From contig CAYSPT010000002.1 of assembly GCA_964432985.1 (NCBI GenBank), positions 45,337-109,336 of the forward strand: a stretch of 64,000 nt of DNA, in the 5' to 3' direction. The notes below the pieces were generated by a model. The model worked only from the letters and a program-made list of their open reading frames with translations. It did no database searches and was not told where the DNA came from. Positions 27,520-37,079 of the stretch are shown here, piece by piece. A program made the position numbers and the translations under genes. The stretch's first letter is position 1, and every line of letters begins with the position of its first letter. Source of the stretch: an uncultured bacterium (GTDB lineage: Bacteria; Muiribacteriota; CAYSPT01).

Positions 27520-28623
27520 ATGAATCTCTTGATAGTCAGTACCAACCGATGGGACTACGGAGGAGCCGAGAAAGTTCTGTACCTCCTTCTGACGCAGCGT
27601 AACCGGGAAGTTTATTCTCCCACACTCATTATTTCACATCAGGGGCATTTTGCATCCATGCTCCAGGAATCCAATATCGACTATGAGGTCATGGATTTTT
27701 CCAGCTACCCCACCGCCCTGAGGGACATGAAACGTTTTTTCAGCCGTTCGGAGCAAGCGTACGATGCTGTCCTGTGCAACTCGTCAATGGCTGCGAGGGT
27801 AGTGGGTTTGCTGAAGCCGTGGCATCGCCTGTCGGTTATGTACTATGCCCACGGCCGGCGCGGTTTTCTAAGCCATTGCCTGTTACAGGCTTTCAGTGAC
27901 CGGATAGCGGCGGTTTCGAGATTTATTGCCACCAGTTTTCCATCTTCCGCTGCCCCCGGCATGACGGTAATACACAATGGGATACCCATTTCTCCACCGG
28001 TGCCACCTGGCGGACGGGACGATGCACTATCCGTCCTTAAGCAGACACTGGGACTGTCCGGCGGTCCCGTAGTAGGCAGTGTGGGCAGGTTGTCCCGGGT
28101 CAAAGGCTATCACGATCTAGTGGCCGCATTTCCGGCGGTACTGTCCAGACACCCGCAGGCACACCTTCTCATCGTGGGGGATGGGGGTGAGCGCGAAGAA
28201 CTGGAATCGCTCGCTGCCCGGTGCGGTATATCGGAGAACACTGTTTTTACGGGATTTCAAAGTGACGTGGCTCCCTATTTCAGTCTCCTTGATATCTTCG
28301 TTCTTCCATCCACCTGGCAGGAACCTTTCGGGCTTGTATTGATCGAAGCAATGGCGGCCTATCTTCCGGTAGTAGCCACCTCCGTCGGAGGTGTCCCGGA
28401 AATAGTACTGGACGGTGAAACAGGGCTGCTTGTCAAACCCAATAGACCGGACGAACTGGCCGCGGCGGTCAATACTCTGCTCGACGATTCCCATCGGGCG
28501 GCTTACATGGGCCGGGCGGGGAGAGGCCGTGCGGAAAATCTCTTCAATATCAACTTGATGGTCAGAAAGTTCGAAGACGCTCTGCGAAGTATGGCAGAAC
28601 CCAATGATAATCCGTGCTTATAA
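27520..28623 (+). CDS. glycosyltransferase family 4 (GT-B, group 1)
   Basis: The motif EPFGLVLIEAMAAYLPVVATSVGGVPEIV...GETGLLV is the GT1/GT4 C-terminal signature. ATG 27520 (MNLLIVST...) is preferred over GTG 27508. Confidence 0.8.
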   Translation: MNLLIVSTNRWDYGGAEKVLYLLLTQRNREVYSPTLIISHQGHFASMLQESNIDYEVMDFSSYPTALRDMKRFFSRSEQAYDAVLCNSSMAARVVGLLKPWHRLSVMYYAHGRRGFLSHCLLQAFSDRIAAVSRFIATSFPSSAAPGMTVIHNGIPISPPVPPGGRDDALSVLKQTLGLSGGPVVGSVGRLSRVKGYHDLVAAFPAVLSRHPQAHLLIVGDGGEREELESLAARCGISENTVFTGFQSDVAPYFSLLDIFVLPSTWQEPFGLVLIEAMAAYLPVVATSVGGVPEIVLDGETGLLVKPNRPDELAAAVNTLLDDSHRAAYMGRAGRGRAENLFNINLMVRKFEDALRSMAEPNDNPCL

Positions 28624-28700
28624 TTAGTTTGTAAAGATTCAGACAATCCTGTTATTTATCGGTTAAACAGCTTCTTTTCCCCCTGGGAAATTTATTAATG

Positions 28701-28730
28701 TTGCATGAATTGGCAGTAATATGTTATACT
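28701..28730 (+). promoter_or_regulatory. putative sigma-70 promoter upstream of the FHA gene
   Basis: TTGCAT (28701-28706), 18-nt spacer, TATACT (28725-28730). The leader to ATG 28862 would be about 130 nt. Confidence 0.4.
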
Positions 28731-28861
28731 CCGTTATTGATTATGGCTTTCACAAGTTCTAAGTATACCCTTAATGGGTGGGATCAGAAAGTCGATATAT
28801 TATATAGCAAGATGAGATGAATTTTTCTTTATGCATCGTGTTTGATTGGAAGTGAATTTAC

Positions 28862-29638
28862 ATGGGTATGCGGAGAGAGCTTGAAGTTTATTCGGGCGGC
28901 AACAAACTCCAGACTCTGGTCTTAAGGAAGAAAAAAACCCAGATTGGCGGCAAGATAGTCAAGAAGGGTCAGGAGAAAAATGACATAACGCTGGAAGACG
29001 AGAAGATTGCCAGGAGGCATGCACAAGTCATTCTGGACGGGAACATCGTCTACATACAGAACCTTCATAAGGACCACAGCACGATAGTCAACGGCAAAGC
29101 CATCGTGAAGAGGGAACTGAAGGATAAAGACGAGATCAGTGTCGGGCCTTACCGGGTGACCTACCGCGTACACAAAGAAGTCAACTGGGTACCGATTATT
29201 GCCGTGGGAGTAATAGTATTTGTTGGCCTGATTCTGTTCCTTACGGCGGAAACACCTTCCGACAAATATGTCCGTGCCACAAGGTTGATCAACAGCGACC
29301 CCGTTACCGCGATGGAAGCCCTGCAGGATCTGGTGAGCAAGTATCCCCTCAACCCGTATTACAAAGTGGGCCTTGCTCACTCCTACTACAAGGTAGGCGA
29401 ATTGGTTTCCAAAACAGGGACTACCTGGGTGACCTACCTGCAGAAAGCTGAGCACACCTACCTGCAATTCGCGCAGACGAAAGATTTCTCCCCTGTCCTG
29501 GAGGATAAAGCGTTCTGGCAGAAGATCACGACCGATCTGCAGGTACAAATGAGTAACTACCAGGACGGGGTAAACATGGTCAATCAGCTTCGCACCGACC
29601 TGAAAAAAATTCAGGATATGCAAAAAGGCGTGTTCTAA
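28862..29638 (+). CDS. FHA-domain membrane protein with helical-repeat C-terminal domain
   Basis: FHA core ITLEDEKIARRHAQVILDGNIVYIQNLHKDHSTIVNGKAI...ISVGPYRVTY, a TM helix WVPIIAVGVIVFVGLILFL, then a TPR-like helical tail. Confidence 0.75.
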   Translation: MGMRRELEVYSGGNKLQTLVLRKKKTQIGGKIVKKGQEKNDITLEDEKIARRHAQVILDGNIVYIQNLHKDHSTIVNGKAIVKRELKDKDEISVGPYRVTYRVHKEVNWVPIIAVGVIVFVGLILFLTAETPSDKYVRATRLINSDPVTAMEALQDLVSKYPLNPYYKVGLAHSYYKVGELVSKTGTTWVTYLQKAEHTYLQFAQTKDFSPVLEDKAFWQKITTDLQVQMSNYQDGVNMVNQLRTDLKKIQDMQKGVF

Positions 29639-29651
29639 ACCGTACAAGCCG

Positions 29652-29751
29652 ACGTCATCGCAAGAGCCCCAACAAATGCAGCAGGGCCGGTTTTAAATAG
29701 GACAAACTCACGTCATCGCAAGAGCCCCATAAAATGCAGCAGGGCCGGTTT
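29652..29751. repeat. two 42-bp direct repeats, 58-bp period
   Basis: acgtcatcgcaagagccccaacaaatgcagcagggccggttt at 29652-29693, and acgtcatcgcaagagccccataaaatgcagcagggccggttt at 29710-29751. The two copies differ at 2 positions. Confidence 0.9.
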
Positions 29752-30011
29752 AATCTGTTCTACAGACCAATAGGAAGCAATCAGCATTCTTGGGAAACAT
29801 CTCGTTCAATTCCATTACGCCCACCACAAACCCAGTCTTCGTTCAAAGCTGGCGTTACCACCCTCCAGCAAGAAGTATAGAAAGTTAGATGTAGTGGTAT
29901 TAAACGAGAAGGACTTTTACAATTTTTCCGCTTATTCATAATCTATACAATCAAACATATATAAAGTATCATCCAATATCCTCCGATATATGGTTGCGAG
30001 AGGTGATACTG

Positions 30012-30371
30012 ATGCGGTGCGGTAATTGTGGCTATGTCAACCGGCAGGGAAGCCGTGTCTGCAACCTTTGCGGAGCCTTGATGATGGACAGGAAAGTGTC
30101 CCGGAAGAAAAAGATAATCAACGAGTTTTCCCGCAAACCACTTATCAAGGTTAAACGGTGCGTCAAGTGCGGTCACATCAATACTGGCAATGATATTTTC
30201 TGTGACCAGTGCGGCAACGAACTGGTAGCGGTTGAAGACACCCCTGCCCCTCAGATAACTTCCAGTATTGCAGCTACTTCCGAACGTTCACTGTCTTCCG
30301 CGGTACTGACGGCCATATTAATGACTACCGGTTTTGTCTGCGGGACGCTCTTTGGAGTATTACTCCTCTAA
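30012..30371 (+). CDS. double zinc-ribbon protein with C-terminal TM anchor
   Basis: CGNCGYVN...CNLCG and CVKCGHIN...CDQCGNEL form two CxxC...CxxC ribbons. The C-terminal hydrophobic segment is AVLTAILMTTGFVCGTLFGVLLL. ATG 30012 has GAGAGGTG upstream. Confidence 0.65.
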   Translation: MRCGNCGYVNRQGSRVCNLCGALMMDRKVSRKKKIINEFSRKPLIKVKRCVKCGHINTGNDIFCDQCGNELVAVEDTPAPQITSSIAATSERSLSSAVLTAILMTTGFVCGTLFGVLLL

Positions 30372-30435
30372 CCCGAATAACTCATGAATTGAGTGCATGA
30401 ATAAAGCGGGTTAAAATTCCGGAAAGTTACAAACT

Positions 30436-30891
30436 ATGAAATTGTTTGCTCCGCGAGAAGATACCGGATGGAAAAAGCAGCTTATTTGTGCCCGTTTCGG
30501 ACACAAAAACAGCCCCGGGTCTATTTTCTGCGACGAGTGCGGCGCTGAGTTGATACCGGTATTTGAAAGAGATATTCCTGAAAAGCCTTCTCTCAACGTC
30601 GTCATACAGGGAGCCATCCGGGTACTGGGAGTAATAACCCTGCTGTCCATCATCGTTCTGTCTGCTAATTTCACCTACCATTATCTCACCGGAACCGGAA
30701 ATTATTTGGAAGCTATCGCGGGAGTCAAACTTCACCTGGTTTCCATCGCCGGCGCCGCAGTCGGGTGCCTGCTGGCCACAATCATGGCCGTTCTCTGGAG
30801 AAATTTTCTGGCTGAAGAACGACGATTTACCTCTTTTTCACTACCCCTGGGAATACTGGGCGCAGTCGGCGGCTTGGTAATCTTCAGTTGA
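30436..30891 (+). CDS. zinc-ribbon-like membrane protein
   Basis: N-terminal half-degenerate ribbon (ICARFGHKN...FCDECGAEL), followed by three hydrophobic segments. Confidence 0.55.
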   Translation: MKLFAPREDTGWKKQLICARFGHKNSPGSIFCDECGAELIPVFERDIPEKPSLNVVIQGAIRVLGVITLLSIIVLSANFTYHYLTGTGNYLEAIAGVKLHLVSIAGAAVGCLLATIMAVLWRNFLAEERRFTSFSLPLGILGAVGGLVIFS

Positions 30892-30942
30892 CAAGCATCC
30901 TACCACATTTTTCCCCATCGTCGGCGGCTTGGTAATCTTCAG
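30865..30942 (+). repeat. 23-bp direct repeat, 55-bp period, duplicating the gene's last codons
   Basis: gtcggcggcttggtaatcttcag occurs at 30865-30887 and 30920-30942. The first copy is followed by tTGA and the second by cTAG. Both read VGGLVIFS-stop. Confidence 0.9.
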
Positions 30943-30958
30943 CTAGTCCGCTCCTTAG

Positions 30959-31873
30959 CTAGCCTACCTCATCTGAAAGCTTCTGCGAGCGATTCAGCCG
31001 TGATTTCATAGTACCCCTCAGTTTGGTGTGAAGTGTATCGAAAAAGTTCGTCCCTTCCAGGGACACCAGCAGTGCGGGACAGTCGGAACTGGAAACACGC
31101 AGTGTTTCGCCATCTTTGAGATGTGTGGTGTACTGACCATCGATGGTAAGCCCGATTCCAACCTCTTCACGCCCAGAAAACACCCTGGCGGAAACTGTCT
31201 GCTCCGCGGAAAGGACCAGGGGCCGCGAACCGATGGTGTGAGGGCAGATAGGAGTAATGAGAATACTCTTTAAAAGAGGATATGCCACCGGCCCGCCTGC
31301 GGAAAGGGAATAACCGGTGGAACCGGTAGGAGTGGCCACAATGAGGCCATCCCCAAGATACCGGTCAACCAGTTTTCCGTCTACCTTCAGCTGGATATCG
31401 ATTACTCTGGCGAAGGCTTCCCTGGCAATGACAAAGTCGTTGAGGGCAAGATATTCACGACCGGGGGAATCACCGGATTCTCCGACAGCAGCCGTCAGCA
31501 TGAGCCGCTCTTCTCTCACCCAACGTCCTGCTTGCAGATAATCAAGCGCTTTGTCTATTTTTTCGGGACCAACTTCTGCCAGAAACCCGAGTTTTCCCAG
31601 GTTAATCCCCAGCACCGGGAGATTGAGAGGAGAAAACCGTTTGGTAACCGATATAAGTGTCCCATCACCTCCCAGGACAAGCAGTATATCGGCTTTTTCA
31701 GCCAGTACTGTATCATTCATTACCTTTCTGGAAGTTTTACAGCACTCGCCGGTGGATTCATCGCAAAACACCTGGATCCCCCTGCAAGCGGACTTTTCAA
31801 TAATCAAGCCTACCAGCTCAAGTGCTTCCGGTTTGAATGCGTTCGCAACAATTCCCAGCGCTTTAACGTTCAT
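30959..31873 (-). CDS. nadK: NAD kinase
   Basis: Motifs LVLGGDGTLI, NLGKLGFL and TPTGSTGYSLSAGGP. ATG 31873 overlaps the tlyA stop (ATGA). Confidence 0.85.
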   Translation of the reverse strand: MNVKALGIVANAFKPEALELVGLIIEKSACRGIQVFCDESTGECCKTSRKVMNDTVLAEKADILLVLGGDGTLISVTKRFSPLNLPVLGINLGKLGFLAEVGPEKIDKALDYLQAGRWVREERLMLTAAVGESGDSPGREYLALNDFVIAREAFARVIDIQLKVDGKLVDRYLGDGLIVATPTGSTGYSLSAGGPVAYPLLKSILITPICPHTIGSRPLVLSAEQTVSARVFSGREEVGIGLTIDGQYTTHLKDGETLRVSSSDCPALLVSLEGTNFFDTLHTKLRGTMKSRLNRSQKLSDEVG

Positions 31874-32661
31874 TGGACATTCTCCAGCCATGACTGCCAG
31901 ATTTCCTCACCGACGTGACCACCACACCGCGTTTGCTCACCGGGGGCTTCCAGCAATACAAAACATTCCCGGTTTCCGGCCGGTCCGTGAACCAGTGAAG
32001 AAGCTATTCCCCGGGGTACGAACCCTCCATCGACATACGCTTCGACGATATCGTGAACCGCCTTTACTCTTAGCTCCCGTTCACGTACGACGCCACCCTT
32101 TCCCACCAGTTCTCTACCAACTTCGAACTGCGGCTTTACCATAAGCAGTGCCAGGGCTCGAGCTGGAAGAATAGTTTTTATCGGCTCGAGCAATAACCTC
32201 AGCGATATGAACGACACATCGCAGGTAATCAGGTCCGGTGACCAGGGCAGTTGGTCCGCAGTAAGGTTCCTGGCATTTGTTCTCTCCATCATATGAACCC
32301 GGGAATCACACTGCAGTTTCCAGGCCAGTTGCCCGTACCCTACATCGCACGCGACTACTTCGTGAGCCCCCCGGCTCAGCAGGCAGTCCACAAACCCTCC
32401 CGTTGACGCCCCTATATCCAGGATTCTTTTTCCCGTCACATCCAGACCTAGACAATCCAGGGCACCAGCCAACTTGTCGCCGCCCCGGCTGACATACCGC
32501 TTTTTATTACGAATTCGAATGGCCGCATGGTGTGTAACCTGTGTGCCGGCCTTGGTGACCGGGGAGTCATCAACCAGCACCTCACCCGCAAGAATCATAC
32601 CCCTGGCTTTACTCCGTGTTTCCGCTATTCCCTGACGCACCAGGAGCTCGTCAAGCCTCAT
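31870..32661 (-). CDS. tlyA: TlyA-family 16S/23S rRNA (cytidine-2'-O)-methyltransferase
   Basis: S4 domain MRLDELLVRQGIAETRSKARGMILAGEV plus an FtsJ-like SAM motif ILDIGASTGGF. Trimmed to ATG 32661. Confidence 0.85.
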   Translation of the reverse strand: MRLDELLVRQGIAETRSKARGMILAGEVLVDDSPVTKAGTQVTHHAAIRIRNKKRYVSRGGDKLAGALDCLGLDVTGKRILDIGASTGGFVDCLLSRGAHEVVACDVGYGQLAWKLQCDSRVHMMERTNARNLTADQLPWSPDLITCDVSFISLRLLLEPIKTILPARALALLMVKPQFEVGRELVGKGGVVRERELRVKAVHDIVEAYVDGGFVPRGIASSLVHGPAGNRECFVLLEAPGEQTRCGGHVGEEIWQSWLENVQ

Positions 32662-34549
32662 TCTCTTTTTCGAAGTCTTGTGCAAGGAAGCTCTCCACAC
32701 TGGCACATATTCCCTCGGCTGAAAGACCGATATCGCTCAGCAAATCATTTACCGGGCCCGCTTCGATAAACCGGTCTGGAAGTCCGAGCCGCAGAACGTC
32801 CTGCCGGATTTTCATATCGTTCAATGCTTCCAAAACCGCGCTGCCAAACCCGCCACAGAGCATATTCTCCTCCACGGTGACCAGGGGCACAGCACGGGCC
32901 AGTTTTGTGAGTTTTTCACGGTCAAGCGGGCAGATGAACCGGGCATCGACAACCGAAGCCGATATACTTTTTTCTGCCAGCAATTCAGCTGCTTCCTGGG
33001 CGCGCTCGACCATCCTGCCTGTCGCTACCAGGCAAACATCATTCCCGGGTTTCAGCGTGCGCCAGGTTCCCACTTCGACTGTTTCAAACGGTGGTTCATA
33101 CACCATCCCCTTACCGCTTCCACGAGGATACCGTATGGCAAACGGCCCCTTTTCCCAGGCCAGGGCTGTGGACAGAAGATTCGCCAGTTCAGCTTCATCT
33201 CCCGGTGCTGCCACTACCATTCCGGGTATGTGCCTCAGAAAACTGATATCAAATACTCCGTGATGTGTCGGCCCGTCCGCTCCGACCAGTCCGGCCCGGT
33301 CCAGGCACAACACTACCGGTAGCTTCATCAGGGCCACATCATGAATTATTTGATCGTATGATCTCTGTAAAAACGTCGAATATATGGCAACTACCGGTTT
33401 AAGACCTTTCAGAGCCAACCCGGCGGCAAACGTGACCGCGTGCTGTTCGCAAATACCCACATCAAAAAACCGCTCCGGGAACCGTTCTTTGAAATGAACA
33501 AGTCCGGTTCCATCAGGCATAGCGGCGGTAACAGCCACGATACGCTCATCTTCCTCCGCCAGTTTTACCAGGGACTTACCGAACACCTGGTTATACGGTT
33601 CTCCACCCGATGGGACTACCGGTTCCCCGGTTTCCGGGTTGAAGGGACCCAGCCCGTGAAACAGGGAAGGATTCCTCTCGGCGGGAGTGTATCCTTTCCC
33701 CTTGGTCGTGTAACAATGGATCACCACCGGTCCCCTCAGGGTGACAGCTGTTTTGAAAACACGAATGAGCTCTTGCATATCGTGTCCGTCAATCGGACCA
33801 AAATACAAAAATCCCAGCTCCTCGAATAACTGCCCCGGCAGAACCAGGTGTTTCAGACTATCCTTAAGTTGGAGAATCATGGATTTCATTCGGCTGCCAA
33901 AGGCGGGAATCATGTTCAGTGCCGTCTCGACATTCTTCTTGAACCTGACGTAGAGCGGTTCCGCGCGCAGACGGGCCAGATGGTGCGAAAGAGCTCCCAC
34001 ATTGGGGGATATACTCATTTCATTGTCATTGATTATCAGCAGATACCTGCCCATTCTTATGTGCCCCACGTGGTTGAGACCTTCAAAAGCCAGCCCCCCG
34101 GTGAGTGCGCCGTCACCGACTACACAGGCGACCACGAACTCCTCCATGGTCAAATCACGGGCACAGGCCAGACCGCAGCCGGCGGAGATGGCAGTGGAAG
34201 AGTGTCCCGTGTTCAAGATATCGTGAGCGCTTTCCTCACGCTTGGGAAATCCTGTAATACCATCCCGCTGCCGCAAGGTGTGAAACCGGTCCTTCCTGCC
34301 GGTGATCAGCTTGTGCGCGTAAGCCTGATGCCCCACATCCCACAGTATTTTGTCCCGGGGGCTGTCCAGGCAATAGTGTAAAGCTATGGCCAGCTCCACC
34401 GCTCCCAGACTTGGAGCGATATGACCGCCGTTTCTCGATACGGTAGTTATTATGGTTTCACGTATCTCCGCCGCCAGATCCTCCAGTTCCTCAAGAGTAA
34501 GAACCTTCAAATCAGTGGGGGAAGTAATTCTGTCAAGAATCCGGCTCAT
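32651..34549 (-). CDS. dxs: 1-deoxy-D-xylulose-5-phosphate synthase
   Basis: 632 aa. The GGHIAPSLGAVELAIALHY and GDG ThDP motifs and a transketolase-like C-terminus give full-length DXS colinearity. Confidence 0.95.
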   Translation of the reverse strand: MSRILDRITSPTDLKVLTLEELEDLAAEIRETIITTVSRNGGHIAPSLGAVELAIALHYCLDSPRDKILWDVGHQAYAHKLITGRKDRFHTLRQRDGITGFPKREESAHDILNTGHSSTAISAGCGLACARDLTMEEFVVACVVGDGALTGGLAFEGLNHVGHIRMGRYLLIINDNEMSISPNVGALSHHLARLRAEPLYVRFKKNVETALNMIPAFGSRMKSMILQLKDSLKHLVLPGQLFEELGFLYFGPIDGHDMQELIRVFKTAVTLRGPVVIHCYTTKGKGYTPAERNPSLFHGLGPFNPETGEPVVPSGGEPYNQVFGKSLVKLAEEDERIVAVTAAMPDGTGLVHFKERFPERFFDVGICEQHAVTFAAGLALKGLKPVVAIYSTFLQRSYDQIIHDVALMKLPVVLCLDRAGLVGADGPTHHGVFDISFLRHIPGMVVAAPGDEAELANLLSTALAWEKGPFAIRYPRGSGKGMVYEPPFETVEVGTWRTLKPGNDVCLVATGRMVERAQEAAELLAEKSISASVVDARFICPLDREKLTKLARAVPLVTVEENMLCGGFGSAVLEALNDMKIRQDVLRLGLPDRFIEAGPVNDLLSDIGLSAEGICASVESFLAQDFEKENEA

Positions 34550-35028
34550 CCACTACTCACCTTTTCAACGGTGGCAACTGCCTGAGCGGCAATGCCCTCC
34601 TGGCGTCCCACCGGGCCCAATCCTTCTGTGGTGGTTGCCTTCACGCTGACATCGCTTAACTCGAGGCCAAGCACGCCGGCAATTGTTTTTCTCATATCAA
34701 TTATACGATCTTTCAGCTGCGGTTGCTCGCACATAACGACAGCATCGATCTGAACGGGTTCATATGCTTCGTTCTTCAGTATTGTAGCGGTTTTATCCAG
34801 CAGAATCAAACTGCTTATCCCGGCAAATTCCGCTTCATGCGGCGAAAAATGCTGCCCTATGTCGCCCAGGGCAGCTGCTCCGAGCAAAGCATCCATAATG
34901 GCGTGGACCAGTACATCGGCGTCCGAGTGTCCATCCAAACCACGATCATGGGCTATTTCAATCCCGCCGAGAATCAGTTTTCTACCCGGCACAAGCCTGT
35001 GTACATCATATCCTATACCGATTCTCAT
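34546..35028 (-). CDS. ispF: 2-C-methyl-D-erythritol 2,4-cyclodiphosphate synthase
   Basis: MRIGIGYDVHRL...GHSDADVLVHAIMDALLGA is the IspF signature. Trimmed to ATG 35028. It overlaps the dxr 3' end by 23 nt. Confidence 0.9.
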   Translation of the reverse strand: MRIGIGYDVHRLVPGRKLILGGIEIAHDRGLDGHSDADVLVHAIMDALLGAAALGDIGQHFSPHEAEFAGISSLILLDKTATILKNEAYEPVQIDAVVMCEQPQLKDRIIDMRKTIAGVLGLELSDVSVKATTTEGLGPVGRQEGIAAQAVATVEKVSSG

Positions 35029-36190
35029 GGCAAAACCTCCCGGCTGTTTCCCGCGCCCATAGTTCGGCGTTCCTGATAGCATCAAGGCTGGTGCAGGGAA
35101 CATTCTCATAGATTTCCATACATCGTTGGAGGATTTCCGGTATGTCCACAAACCTGATTATTCCTTTAAGAAATGCCCCAACAGCGGTTTCATCGGCCGC
35201 ATTGAGCACGGCAGGCAGTGTCCCACCGACTTTTCCGGCCTCAAACGCCAGGTCAAGGCAGGGGAACAACTTCCGGTCCGGCTCATAAAACGTGAGCGTT
35301 TGTAAAACCGGTAGATCAACGTTCAGACCAGTAAAAGGACAATTGAAGCGCTCGGGGTACGACAGGGCGTACATGATGGGAAGACGCATATCCGGCGAAG
35401 AGAGCTGCGCTTTACTGGAACCGTCTTTAAATGTTGCCAGAGAGTGGATGATACCTTCAGGATGCACAACCACCCCGATATCCTCAAAGGCAATGTCAAA
35501 AAGCCAGTGCGACTCGATAACCTCGAATCCCTTGTTCATCAACGTGGCGGAATCGATGGTAATTCTTCCACCCATTTGCCAGACCGGATGCGCCAGGGCT
35601 TCTTCGCGGGTAACCCGCTGTAACTGTTCCCGGTTGAATCCTTTAAAGGGCCCGCCGGAAGCCGTCAATGTCAACGATTCGACGCTTTCCGGGGATTCTC
35701 CCTGGAGACACTGGTAAATGGCACTCATTTCACTGTCCACCGGGATAATCAGGTCACTGTACGTGCGGGAGGCGGAATAGACCAGTTCCCCTCCGGCGAC
35801 CAGGCACTCCTTGCTGGCCAGGGCAACCTGCTTACCTTTTTTCAGCGCTTCGATGAGAGGCACCAGGGCACCGGTGCCCACCACCCCGACCACCACTTCC
35901 TCCACGTCTGCGTGCGTCGCTACCGCTTCAAGCCCGGCTTCCCCGCTGAAAAGTTCCGGAACCGATTTTCCCCGTTCTTCAAGCCTCTGCGCCAGACGGT
36001 CCACGTCAGACGGTTCGGCCAGAGACACGACAACCGGGCGAAACTCATCTATCTGTGAACATAAAAGATCAAGATTTTTGCCGGCAGCAAGGCCCACTAG
36101 CCGGAAACGGTCGGGAAACCTGCGAAGCGCATCAAGAGTGCTCGTACCGATGGATCCCGTAGATCCAAGCACTGATATCCCTTTAACCAT
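35006..36190 (-). CDS. dxr: 1-deoxy-D-xylulose-5-phosphate reductoisomerase
   Basis: ISVLGSTGSIGTSTLD (NADPH-binding) plus the conserved DXR core (LASKE, HPVW, MNKG). Confidence 0.95.
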   Translation of the reverse strand: MVKGISVLGSTGSIGTSTLDALRRFPDRFRLVGLAAGKNLDLLCSQIDEFRPVVVSLAEPSDVDRLAQRLEERGKSVPELFSGEAGLEAVATHADVEEVVVGVVGTGALVPLIEALKKGKQVALASKECLVAGGELVYSASRTYSDLIIPVDSEMSAIYQCLQGESPESVESLTLTASGGPFKGFNREQLQRVTREEALAHPVWQMGGRITIDSATLMNKGFEVIESHWLFDIAFEDIGVVVHPEGIIHSLATFKDGSSKAQLSSPDMRLPIMYALSYPERFNCPFTGLNVDLPVLQTLTFYEPDRKLFPCLDLAFEAGKVGGTLPAVLNAADETAVGAFLKGIIRFVDIPEILQRCMEIYENVPCTSLDAIRNAELWARETAGRFCHENRYRI

Positions 36191-36192
36191 AG

Positions 36193-37077
36193 CTAGTTCA
36201 CGTTCCCATCCAGCGTCTTAACCACCCGGCAAAACCACCCCGGGGGATACCGCTTCGCCAACACCCGTCCCACAGAAGCAGCATGTGAACGGCCGGAGCA
36301 TATTCCCAGCAGCGTCGAACCACTGCCCGAGACCGTGGAAGCCAGGCAGCCGGCGTCAGTGAGCGCTTTTATTCCATCCCGCATATCCGGACGATGAGGA
36401 AAGACAGCTTCTCCCAGATCATTAACGAGACATTCCGACAGTATGTTCCACTCACGCCTGTGTAATGCGTCAACGACCCGGCACGGACTGGGAGCAACAA
36501 AAACCGGATTACTGTCCCAAAAACCGTATGCTTCCTTTGTGGACATCCCTATGGGCGGTTTCAACAGCACCATCCAGGTCTCGGGGACTGACAGAGGTTC
36601 GAGGTCCTCCCCCACTCCCCGCGCTATGGCTGTGCCCTGTGTAAGGAAGAATGGAATATCCGCCCCGATCTTCACGGCGGCGGCGGCCAGGTCGTCCACT
36701 GAGATTTCTCTGCCTGCCAGCAATTGCAATCCTCTTATCACTGCCGCGGCATCGCTGCTGCCCCCTCCCAGCCCGGCCTGAGAAGGTATTCTCTTTTCGA
36801 GATAAACGGCAGCCGTCACCGGAGCAAACCGACGGCGGAATAAGGTGCGGGCCCTGTAAACAAGATTACTACCGCCGCGCGGTATTCCATCCACCATACG
36901 CGAACTGCCCGAGAGGACAATCTCTTCTCGCTTCCCCTCCGGATACAAGTGCACCACATCAAACAGTGACACCTTGACCATAAGCGTCTCAAGATCATGG
37001 TTGCCCGATTGATTCTTCCCTAAAATCCGCAGACCGAGATTCACTTTAGCCGGAGCGTACAGGGTTACTCCGGTCAC
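36193..37077 (-). CDS. ispE: 4-diphosphocytidyl-2-C-methyl-D-erythritol kinase
   Basis: APAKVNLGLRILG and the GHMP kinase motif PSQAGLGGGSSDAAA. Confidence 0.9.
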   Translation of the reverse strand: MTGVTLYAPAKVNLGLRILGKNQSGNHDLETLMVKVSLFDVVHLYPEGKREEIVLSGSSRMVDGIPRGGSNLVYRARTLFRRRFAPVTAAVYLEKRIPSQAGLGGGSSDAAAVIRGLQLLAGREISVDDLAAAAVKIGADIPFFLTQGTAIARGVGEDLEPLSVPETWMVLLKPPIGMSTKEAYGFWDSNPVFVAPSPCRVVDALHRREWNILSECLVNDLGEAVFPHRPDMRDGIKALTDAGCLASTVSGSGSTLLGICSGRSHAASVGRVLAKRYPPGWFCRVVKTLDGNVN

Positions 37078-37079
37078 CG

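Noticed and set aside
28922-29647. 241-aa ORF on the minus strand covering almost the whole FHA gene
   Set aside because: The plus-strand frame carries a recognisable FHA core, a TM helix and an SD/promoter context. The antisense frame has no motif and is best explained as a shadow ORF.
29652-29751. Repeat-spacer-repeat layouts (29652-29751, 11730-11816, 30865-30942) considered as mini CRISPR arrays
   Set aside because: Each has only two copies and the repeat sequences differ between loci. There is no cas gene and no leader. Several are plainly duplicated coding 3' ends.
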